Shown here: piece by piece, positions 7,295-15,203 of the stretch | Layout of the letters: every line of letters starts with the position of its first letter | Numbering within the stretch: the stretch's first letter is position 1 | From: Candidatus Helarchaeota ASGARD archaeon Hel_GB_B | GTDB taxonomy: Archaea; Asgardarchaeota; Lokiarchaeia; Helarchaeales; HEL-GB-B | DNA: 16,316 bases | Direction of reading: 5' to 3' | NCBI GenBank assembly: GCA_005191425.1 | Contig: SUPR01000077.1 | Coordinates: forward strand, 1 to 16,316 | The notes under the pieces: generated by a model | Databases searched by the model: none | What the model saw: only the letters and a program-made list of their open reading frames with translations | Told to the model about the DNA's origin: nothing | Position numbers and translations under genes: made by a program

Positions 7295-8386
7295 TTATTT
7301 AATCCAATTTATTTTTCGTTTATTAGCAATTGAAATGAATTCATTAATTTGACTGACATCAAAATCATAGTCCGGTGTTTCTTGTTTATACCAATCAATA
7401 GTAAATTTAACAGCTTCATCAATGGTAAGTATAGGTCTCCAATTCAAATAAGTATAAGCTTTACTTGTATCTAATTTTAATATTTTTGTTTCGTGTAAGA
7501 AATTATCTGACGAGAGATTTTGCCATTTACCTGACCCCCAAATTTTTATGATTTTATCGACTAAGTTACTAACTGGTATAAGGGAATCATTATTAGGACC
7601 AAAATTCCATGCGCCAAGTAATTTTTTATTATTTTCTATTTTTGAAGCTAATAACAAATATCCTCCAAGTGGGTCAAGGACATATTGCCATGGGCGAATT
7701 GAGTTGGGATTTCTAATATCAATTGGTTCGTTCTTTTTCAGAGCAAGAATACAATCAGTAATAAGTCTATCAGAGCGCCAATCTCCACCACCAATTACAT
7801 TGCCAGCTCTGACGGTACAAATTGATTTATTATTAATTTTTGTATCATTTGTGTTAAAAAAAGAACTATTATAAGCAGATACTACCAATTCACAGCAAGC
7901 TTTACTAGAACTATATGGGTCATATCCACCAAGGGAGTCATTTTCTCTATATCCCCAAATCCATTCTTTATTTTCATAACATTTATCACTTGTAATAATA
8001 ACACCAATCTTAACAGATTCAGTTTTTCTAATACATTCTAATAGGTTTACGGTTCCACCAACATTAGTATCATAAGTCAATTTTGGGTCAGCATAGGAAG
8101 CCCTGACTAGAGCCTGAGCAGCAAGATGAAACACAATTTCTGGTTTATATTTTTTAAATATATCAAATAATGTTTGAAAATTTCTGATATCACCAATTAT
8201 ACTTGTAATTTTTTCATCTAATTTAGCTTTAACAAAATTATCATTAGAAGTATATGGGTCTAATGAGTATCCAATTACTTTAGCACCCAATTCATTTAAC
8301 CAAATAGATAGCCATGACCCTTTAAAACCAGTATGACCAGTAATTAAGACTTTTTTCCCATTAAAAAAGTTGTTGAATAGTTTCAT
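7295..8386 (-). CDS. rfbG: CDP-glucose 4,6-dehydratase, 363 aa
   Basis: Motifs LITGHTGFKGSWL, FHLAAQALVRASY, TNVGGTVNLLE, ITSDKCYENKEW, DPYSSSK, RAGNVIGGGDW, IRPWQYVLDPLGGYL, WNFGP. ATG 8386 overlaps the rfbF TGA (ATGA); the track start is 8395. Confidence 0.96.
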   Translation of the reverse strand: MKLFNNFFNGKKVLITGHTGFKGSWLSIWLNELGAKVIGYSLDPYTSNDNFVKAKLDEKITSIIGDIRNFQTLFDIFKKYKPEIVFHLAAQALVRASYADPKLTYDTNVGGTVNLLECIRKTESVKIGVIITSDKCYENKEWIWGYRENDSLGGYDPYSSSKACCELVVSAYNSSFFNTNDTKINNKSICTVRAGNVIGGGDWRSDRLITDCILALKKNEPIDIRNPNSIRPWQYVLDPLGGYLLLASKIENNKKLLGAWNFGPNNDSLIPVSNLVDKIIKIWGSGKWQNLSSDNFLHETKILKLDTSKAYTYLNWRPILTIDEAVKFTIDWYKQETPDYDFDVSQINEFISIANKRKINWIK

Positions 8387-9162
8387 TTTTCCCATATTCT
8401 CCAGAAAGCCTTATTTTCCTTCCATAATTTATTTAAGTAAACATAATCTCTTTCATTATCCAAGCAATTCCATAAACCTTTATGCTTATAGACCATTACT
8501 TCATTATCTTTTGTTAATTCAATTAAAGGACCATGCTCAAAATCACAATCTTCATCATCTGTTAAATAATCGAGTAATTTTTTATTAAATACCATAAACC
8601 CCCCGTTAATTAATCCTTTTGAGGTTTGTGGCTTCTCTTCAAAAGAGATTAGTTTATTTTGTTCCTCAACAAGCTCTCCAAATCTTGAGGGGGGATGTAC
8701 TCCTGTTATTGTCAATATTTTTCCATGGGATTCATGAAATTTGATCAATTCTGGGATATTTATATCCGCCAGTCCATCCCCATAAGTTAACATATTATTT
8801 TTATCTGTGATAAATTTTTCAGCTCTTTTTAATCGTCCACCTTTTAATGTATTCAATCCAGTATCTATTAGTGTTATTTTCCAGTTAGGTCGTTCAGAAT
8901 TTTTATGAAATTTGATAGCATTATTAGATAAGTCAATTGTGAGGTTATTATTTAGTAAATCGTAATTAACGAAGTAATTTTTAATAATTTCCCCTTTTAC
9001 TCCAAGTAAAATAATAAAATCATTATATCCATAGTAAGAATATATTTTCATTATATGCCATAAAATTGGTTTATCTCCGATATTAACCATTGGTTTTGGG
9101 ATAAGGTTAGTCCTTTGGCCGAGTCTAGAGCCCCAGCCGCCTGCAAAAATTATGACTTTCAT
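8383..9162 (-). CDS. rfbF: Glucose-1-phosphate cytidylyltransferase, 259 aa
   Basis: Motifs AGGWGSRL, PKPMVNIGDKPILWHIMKIYS, DTGLNTLKGGRL, LTYGDG, FEEKP, INGGF, YKHKGLWNCLD; directly upstream of rfbG; AGGT 6 nt before the ATG. Confidence 0.95.
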   Translation of the reverse strand: MKVIIFAGGWGSRLGQRTNLIPKPMVNIGDKPILWHIMKIYSYYGYNDFIILLGVKGEIIKNYFVNYDLLNNNLTIDLSNNAIKFHKNSERPNWKITLIDTGLNTLKGGRLKRAEKFITDKNNMLTYGDGLADINIPELIKFHESHGKILTITGVHPPSRFGELVEEQNKLISFEEKPQTSKGLINGGFMVFNKKLLDYLTDDEDCDFEHGPLIELTKDNEVMVYKHKGLWNCLDNERDYVYLNKLWKENKAFWRIWEK

Positions 9163-9368
9163 GCAATTACCTAATTAATAATAATTTAAAAAATATTGAT
9201 ATTCTAAATTTAAGTGATTTTTGAAATTTTTATTATTTCATGGCGCATTCAATTCATTATGAAAATATTTTTAATATTTTTATTTTTTATGGTTTTTAGT
9301 TATCTAAATAATTTTTATGAAAATTTGAAATGAAAAAGATTATCCATATTAATTTAATGTGAAAAATT

Positions 9369-10424
9369 ATGGAATATAAAAGAGTAGCTGTTTTAATTTT
9401 AACATATAATAATAAAGTTATATTAGAAAATCTATTAAAATCTATTAAGGAAAAAACACATTATCCAAATTATGAAATATTTGTAATAGATAATGGAGGG
9501 AGTGATGGGACAGATGAATTAATTAAGAAGCAATATGATTGGATTAAATTAATTAAAATTATTGATAATAAAGGGTTTATAGGGGGATTTAATGAAGGAT
9601 TTAAAAAAGTTGAGAAAAAATATGATTTTTATTTATTTTTGTGTGATGATATTTATATTTTAACAGAAAATTGGTTAAAAAAATTAATAAAGGAATTTGA
9701 TATAAATGAAAATTTAGGTGCTATTTTTCCTGTAGAAATTATACCCCCAGAATTTGGAGAAGCATGTAGTAAAGAAGAGAAATTTAACCGTATTAATATT
9801 TTTTTAAAAGAGCAAATTAATATTTATGAAAATTGGGCTAATACAAAATCACAAGAAAAGATTGCTCTTGGCCATGTCTTGGAAGGCCCTTGTTTATTAA
9901 TAAGAGCGGAAGTATTAAAATTAACGGGATTATTTGAGCCGCTTTTATTTCCAGCTTATTGTGAAGATACTGATTTAGGGTTGAAAATATTAAGAGCTGG
10001 ATATATTACTGCTAAAGATCCAAACGTTGGGATTATACATTTTCATTCAGTCAATTTTAGTTCATTATTACAACAATTTGAAAAACGTCTATTACTTGGC
10101 AGAAATAGAATAATTCAAGGTTTACTCCATAGAAAAGTAATAGATTTAATTAGGCAATTTTGGTTTGAATTTAAAACTTTTATTCATGATATTCTTAAAC
10201 TAAAGATCAATTTTTTATTATATTTGAAAAGTTATGTGTATATAGTAAAAAATCTTAAAAAAATCCTTCAAGCTCGTAAATTCAGGCAATTATTGTTCAA
10301 AAATGCAAAACACAAAGAATTTTTTATAGAATTCAGGAATAAAAATCTACATAAAATTATTTTCCAACCACCAATGTTTGATGCTAAAAAGATAATTTTA
10401 TGTCAAAATAAAGTAGTAAATTAA
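9369..10424 (+). CDS. GT2 glycosyltransferase, WbbL/rhamnosyltransferase-like, 351 aa
   Basis: Motifs VLILTYN, VIDNGGSDGT, NKGFIGGFNEG, LFLCDD, GPCLLIR, GLFEP, AYCEDTDL. Confidence 0.88.
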   Translation: MEYKRVAVLILTYNNKVILENLLKSIKEKTHYPNYEIFVIDNGGSDGTDELIKKQYDWIKLIKIIDNKGFIGGFNEGFKKVEKKYDFYLFLCDDIYILTENWLKKLIKEFDINENLGAIFPVEIIPPEFGEACSKEEKFNRINIFLKEQINIYENWANTKSQEKIALGHVLEGPCLLIRAEVLKLTGLFEPLLFPAYCEDTDLGLKILRAGYITAKDPNVGIIHFHSVNFSSLLQQFEKRLLLGRNRIIQGLLHRKVIDLIRQFWFEFKTFIHDILKLKINFLLYLKSYVYIVKNLKKILQARKFRQLLFKNAKHKEFFIEFRNKNLHKIIFQPPMFDAKKIILCQNKVVN

Positions 10425-10470
10425 AGTTAAAATAGCTTAAAATTCGATAATTAAAATAGTATGAACAAAA

Positions 10471-11100
10471 ATGATAGATAATTATCAAATAGTTAAAGGA
10501 TCGGCACACCATAAAATCCTTGAATTTGTTGAAAAAAATAAGAAGATATTAGATGTTGGATGTGGAAATGGACGATTAGGTCGATATTTAAACAAGTCCA
10601 GTAAAGAACTAGTTGGAATTGATATAAGCCGTAAAGCATTAGATGAAGCCAAACCTTTTTATGATAAAGTATTATTAATAAATTTGGAAAAAAATTTGAA
10701 TGATCAGTTTCAAATAAAATATTTCGATATTATTATTTTTGCAGATATTCTTGAACATTTGAAATACCCGCAAAAACTTTTAATCTCTATGAGAAAATTC
10801 CTTAAAGATGATGGATATATTATTACAAGTATCCCGAATGTTGCTTTTTATAGAAATAGACTTAATTTATTGTTAGGTAAATGGGATTATAAAAAGGAAG
10901 GAATCCTAAATATAGATCATTATAAATTTTTTACCTTAAAAACAGCTAAAGATTTAATAAATAAATCAGGGTTTCGAATTATTTCTACAAAATATTCAAT
11001 TACTGGTTCTAAATTAACAGATATGTTGAGAGGTTTTTTATTGAAATTTCCAAATTTATTTGCTTATCAGTTTATTTTTAAAGCTAAAAAGAAAACATAA
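10471..11100 (+). CDS. Class I SAM-dependent methyltransferase of the type found in glycan clusters, 209 aa
   Basis: Motifs ILDVGCGNG (motif I), VGIDIS, FDIIIFADILEHL, ITSIPN, GIL...H.KFFT. Confidence 0.88.
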   Translation: MIDNYQIVKGSAHHKILEFVEKNKKILDVGCGNGRLGRYLNKSSKELVGIDISRKALDEAKPFYDKVLLINLEKNLNDQFQIKYFDIIIFADILEHLKYPQKLLISMRKFLKDDGYIITSIPNVAFYRNRLNLLLGKWDYKKEGILNIDHYKFFTLKTAKDLINKSGFRIISTKYSITGSKLTDMLRGFLLKFPNLFAYQFIFKAKKKT

Positions 11101-11130
11101 ATTAATACATTAGTTATTTGGTAATTTCGT

Positions 11131-12285
11131 GTGAATAAAATGAGAATTGCGTTTTTTTCCCCTATATTACGATATGGCGGTGATGTGACAAATGCTTTTG
11201 AAATTGCTAAAAAATTAGCAAATGATCATAAAGTGGTTTTCATTAATAGTGAGATTTCTAAAAAATATCAGCGGTTAAAGAAAATTCCGTTTAAAGTCAA
11301 ATTTCTTAAGGATATTAAATATCCCTTATTAAATTTTATATCACCATATTTTTATTTACCAAGATATTATGAAATTTTCCAGGATTTTGATATTATTCAT
11401 TCGTCTACCCCAAGATTGAATATGTTGGCTTCAAAAATCAAAAAAAATCTTGGTATACCATTTATTTATTCGACCCATATGGTACCACGTTTTTCATTTA
11501 ATAGTTATCAAATCGAAAATACATTGTTATATTTTTTAGTATCAGATTGGTTGAGAAGAGGAATAAAAAATGCAAATGCAGTAATTACGCCCACTAATTT
11601 CGTCCGGAATTTATTAAAAAGAAAGTTTAATGTAAATTCAATAGTAATACCAAATGGTATAAATAAAAGTTTATTTTTACGGTCTCCAGATCAGAATTAC
11701 AAACGGAAATTAAATATGTTAAATAAGCGAATTATTTTATTTGTTGGACAGATTAGAGAAAGTAAAGGTATCCATATTTTGATTAAAGCATTAAATATAG
11801 TAAAACAAAAAGTTCCTAATATTATTTTATTATGTATAGGTGAATCTCCATCACCAAAAAATAACAAATATTATTTATTTTTGAAGAAATTGATTAAAAA
11901 ATTAGGTTTAGAGCAATCAGTTAAGTTCTTAGGTTCGATACCTTTTGAGCAATTGATATCTACCTATTCTATTGCAGATTTATTTGTATTACCATCTCTT
12001 TCTTATGAATATCAAGGAATAGTACTATTAGAAGCGATGAGCTCAAATGTTCCCGTTGTTGCATCGGATTCAGGAGGTATTCCAGATATGATAATAGATG
12101 GTAAAAATGGACTTTTATTTAAAAATGGAGATTATATTGAATTAAGTGATAAAATGATAGAGATCTTGGAAAATTCAGATTTAAAAAATAATTTGATTAA
12201 ATGTGCCAATGAAATAATCGATAAAAAATACAAATGGGAGATAATAGTTAAAAAAACATTAAAAATATATAAAAAATTTGCTTAG
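11131..12285 (+). CDS. GT4 glycosyltransferase, about 381-384 aa
   Basis: Motifs MRIAFFSP..YGG, FDIIH, VIPNGIN, ILFVGQI..SKG, ADLFVLPS, E-X7-E (EYQGIVLLE)AMSSNVPVV. Start is GTG 11131 or ATG 11140. Confidence 0.92.
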   Translation: MNKMRIAFFSPILRYGGDVTNAFEIAKKLANDHKVVFINSEISKKYQRLKKIPFKVKFLKDIKYPLLNFISPYFYLPRYYEIFQDFDIIHSSTPRLNMLASKIKKNLGIPFIYSTHMVPRFSFNSYQIENTLLYFLVSDWLRRGIKNANAVITPTNFVRNLLKRKFNVNSIVIPNGINKSLFLRSPDQNYKRKLNMLNKRIILFVGQIRESKGIHILIKALNIVKQKVPNIILLCIGESPSPKNNKYYLFLKKLIKKLGLEQSVKFLGSIPFEQLISTYSIADLFVLPSLSYEYQGIVLLEAMSSNVPVVASDSGGIPDMIIDGKNGLLFKNGDYIELSDKMIEILENSDLKNNLIKCANEIIDKKYKWEIIVKKTLKIYKKFA

Positions 12286-12305
12286 TTGAAATATGTTAAT
12301 AAGAT

Positions 12306-13016
12306 TTATTTTAATACAAATCGTCTTGTCGATTTAATTAAATAATTTAGAGTATATTTATAATTTATACGCGACCAGAATATGGACAGCAAATAGTATA
12401 AATCAATTGTTATTCCCAGAATTATAATTGCAACAAATACATTTATCGATTGAAAAATATTTAGAATTAGACTTAAATTAAAGAAAATATAGTGATGTGA
12501 AATAAATATAGTTAAAGATAACTTTCCTAAGTAATATGTACCTCTAATATTGAACTCTTTATATTTTATTATTATCAGACCAATAATAGCATAAGTAAAA
12601 CTGATAAAATCTCCTATTAAAAATATTCCAATTAAAATAAAAATGGGGATCAATATTAATAAGTATTTGATTTTTAATTTTTTAAGATAATAACACAATA
12701 TTTTGTTTATAGCAATTATCTGAAGTATACCATAATAGAAGAAAATTCTTACTCGGTCAATTATCAACCCCAAAGTTGTTAAATTTAATATACACCCCAT
12801 TAAAAACAAAACAGAAGATTCGACAAGGACTCCTTTAATTTTACTTTTAGAATAATAAGAAGCCATCCCTGAGGCAAATAAAAACAGCGGAATTGCAAAT
12901 TTACCAATTATTATCGGAATAAGATAATTTCCCGATAACCATAAAATCACATGAATAATGAGCATACTATAAGTTGCAAGTTCTCTAATTAAATCAATAA
13001 AATTGTTGTGAGTCAT
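12306..13016 (-). CDS. Small integral-membrane acyltransferase-like protein (AT3/DUF1624-HGSNAT-like), about 236 aa
   Basis: Largely hydrophobic. First helix IDLIRELATYSMLIIH carries R-X10-H; also PLFLFASG, YGILQII and GKLSLTIFISH. These match transmembrane acyltransferase patterns (family knowledge). Start ATG 13016; the track gives TTG 13022. Confidence 0.7.
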   Translation of the reverse strand: MTHNNFIDLIRELATYSMLIIHVILWLSGNYLIPIIIGKFAIPLFLFASGMASYYSKSKIKGVLVESSVLFLMGCILNLTTLGLIIDRVRIFFYYGILQIIAINKILCYYLKKLKIKYLLILIPIFILIGIFLIGDFISFTYAIIGLIIIKYKEFNIRGTYYLGKLSLTIFISHHYIFFNLSLILNIFQSINVFVAIIILGITIDLYYLLSIFWSRINYKYTLNYLIKSTRRFVLK

Positions 13017-13136
13017 TTTCAATACTGTGTTCTTTTTTATTATTTTAAGATATCATATCAATTACAATTAAAATATAAAAACAATTTTAATGAGATAGAT
13101 TTAAGTCTAATTGATTAACAGAAATTATTTATTAAA

Positions 13137-13158
13137 TTAATTGAATTTATTCAATTAA
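13137..13158. promoter_or_regulatory. Perfect 22-bp inverted repeat TTAATTGAAT-TT-ATTCAATTAA, candidate operator for the divergent acyltransferase / GT2 genes
   Basis: Read directly: 10-bp arms, 2-nt spacer, ending 26 nt upstream of ATG 13185. The regulatory role is inferred. Confidence 0.5.
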
Positions 13159-13184
13159 AAATTAAAATATTAAATAGGTTTAAA

Positions 13185-14129
13185 ATGGCTGCTAAAAATC
13201 AAACCCCTCTTCTTAGTATTATTGTTTTGACAAACCCATTTCGGCCTGTTCAATTAACATTAGATTGTATTAGGTCAATATCTGAGCAAGATTATTCTAA
13301 AATTGAATTAATTGTTGTTGATAATAATTCAAGTTCAAAAGATCTTAGAAAACTGGATTTACATTTGGAAAATTATCAAAATAGATTTACAGATATCCTT
13401 TTAATTAAAAATAAAAAAAACTATGGATATCCTAAAGGAAATAACATAGGGATCATAAATTCCACAGGAAGCATTATTGCTATAATGAATAATGATATTG
13501 AATTAGAACAAGATTTAATCAAAAAATGTGTTAATCTTTTAACTTCAAGAAAAGATGTTGGAGTTGTTGTACCTAAGATTGTTTATTGTTCAAATCCAAA
13601 TATTATTTGGTATGCAGGAGGAATTATTGACCCTAGATATAGATTAGTTTGTAGACATCGTGGTCTAATGAAAAGAGATACAGGGCAGTTTGATGATATT
13701 TCTGAAACTGATTATGCTAATGGTTCATGTTTTTTTATTAAAAGAGAAGTATTTAAAAAAGTAGGATTATTTGATCCATTTTATTTTCTCTATTATGAAG
13801 AAGCCGATTTAAATTATAGAATAAAATTAGCTGGATATAAAATTATATATATAGGAAATACGAAAGTATTTCATAAAATTAAACATACAGAGATATCAGC
13901 CTTTCAATTATATTTATATATAAGAAATAGGTTCATATTTGCAATTAAAAATTTTAAAGAAATAGACCTATTGGTATTCTTAACCACACAATTTTATGCC
14001 ACAATTATAGAATTTCTTAACCAATTCCCAAGTAGTATGAAAATTAGATTGCTTTTTAAAGGAATAATAGATGGAATAGTATTTGGAACTAGAAAAAGAA
14101 AAAACTCTAGAATTGTTAAATTATTATAA
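13185..14129 (+). CDS. GT2 glycosyltransferase, WbbL-like, 314 aa
   Basis: Motifs LSIIVLT, LIVVDNNS, NYGYPKGNNIG, IMNND, NGSCFFIKREVFKKVGLFDP, LYYEEADL, IRNR; AGGT 5 nt upstream of the ATG. Confidence 0.92.
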   Translation: MAAKNQTPLLSIIVLTNPFRPVQLTLDCIRSISEQDYSKIELIVVDNNSSSKDLRKLDLHLENYQNRFTDILLIKNKKNYGYPKGNNIGIINSTGSIIAIMNNDIELEQDLIKKCVNLLTSRKDVGVVVPKIVYCSNPNIIWYAGGIIDPRYRLVCRHRGLMKRDTGQFDDISETDYANGSCFFIKREVFKKVGLFDPFYFLYYEEADLNYRIKLAGYKIIYIGNTKVFHKIKHTEISAFQLYLYIRNRFIFAIKNFKEIDLLVFLTTQFYATIIEFLNQFPSSMKIRLLFKGIIDGIVFGTRKRKNSRIVKLL

Positions 14130-14132
14130 TTA

Positions 14133-15203
14133 GTGGAAATATTGATGAATAATGTTAAAGCACCTAAAGTTTCAATATTAATGGTATTAAAAAATAATGC
14201 AAATACAATAAAAAAATGCGTAAAATCAATTTTAGATCTAAATTTCAAAGATTTTGAGTTGATAATCCTTGATAACAATTCAGATGATAATTCACTTGAT
14301 TTTGTAAAAAGTTTTTCAGATCCAAGAATACAGATTTTTTCACTTAAGAGAAATTTAGGCTATGCTGCAGGAAATAATTATTGCTATCAGCGTTGTGTAG
14401 GGGAATGGATATTAGTAGTTAATCCAGATATTATAGCAGATAAAAATTTAATTGATGAACTACTGAAAGCATATAATTTTATTTCAAAATCAATTGGTAA
14501 TGAAAAAATAATCTTATCTCCAAAAATTATTTTATTAGATAACACTATTAACTACATTGGAGGAAATATAAATATCTTAGGATTTTCTACTGTTAAAGGG
14601 TTAGGAAAAATAGATAATTATAAAAAGAAATATGAACTTACCGACTTTTTTTCTGGGTGCTGTTTTTTTATCAAGACAAAGCATTTTAAAGCGTTAGGAG
14701 GATTTGATCCATATTATTTTATGTACCATGAGGATGTAGATTTTTCTTTAAGAGCAAGATATGACATGTTTAAAATTTTTGTAATCAATACCACAAAAAT
14801 TAAACACATGAAACATCTGGAAGACTTTAAACTGACAAATTTAAAATATTACATGATCGAACGAAATAGATTATTAACATTAATTAAAAATTCACCATTT
14901 ATACCATCTACAATTTTAACAATTCTTTTTTTCGAGCCTATTTTAATTATACAGTCTTTTTTTATTCATAAATCAAGAATGAGGGCTCTTATATATGTAA
15001 ATATATTCAAAGTCTTTAAAAAATATTTGAAATATAATAAATTTGTCAAAAAAAATTTAATTTTAAAATTTAAAACTAATTTTCAAGATTTTGATCAATT
15101 TATTGGGTCAAGACTAGTGTCACTTATAATTCTAATTTTGAATTCGTATATTAAAATTATCTATAATTTATTTTGGAAAAAGTTATATCGGAGAAGTGAA
15201 TAA
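14133..15203 (+). CDS. GT2 glycosyltransferase, WbbL-like, about 352-356 aa
   Basis: Motifs PKVSIL, IILDNNSDD, NLGYAAGNN, VVNPD, SGCCFFI, GGFDPYYFMYHEDVDFSLR, ERNR. Start is GTG 14133 or ATG 14145. Confidence 0.92.
   Translation: MEILMNNVKAPKVSILMVLKNNANTIKKCVKSILDLNFKDFELIILDNNSDDNSLDFVKSFSDPRIQIFSLKRNLGYAAGNNYCYQRCVGEWILVVNPDIIADKNLIDELLKAYNFISKSIGNEKIILSPKIILLDNTINYIGGNINILGFSTVKGLGKIDNYKKKYELTDFFSGCCFFIKTKHFKALGGFDPYYFMYHEDVDFSLRARYDMFKIFVINTTKIKHMKHLEDFKLTNLKYYMIERNRLLTLIKNSPFIPSTILTILFFEPILIIQSFFIHKSRMRALIYVNIFKVFKKYLKYNKFVKKNLILKFKTNFQDFDQFIGSRLVSLIILILNSYIKIIYNLFWKKLYRRSE

Noticed and set aside
6424-8588. Plus-strand ORFs 6424-6636, 6722-6985, 7548-7874 and 8370-8588
   Set aside because: Shadows of the reductase, cupin, rfbG and rfbF.
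9100-9162. RfbF N-terminal variant AGGWGSRLGQRT (usually AGGLGTRLSEET)
   Set aside because: G-x-G-(S/T)-R and PKPM are retained; probably ordinary divergence.
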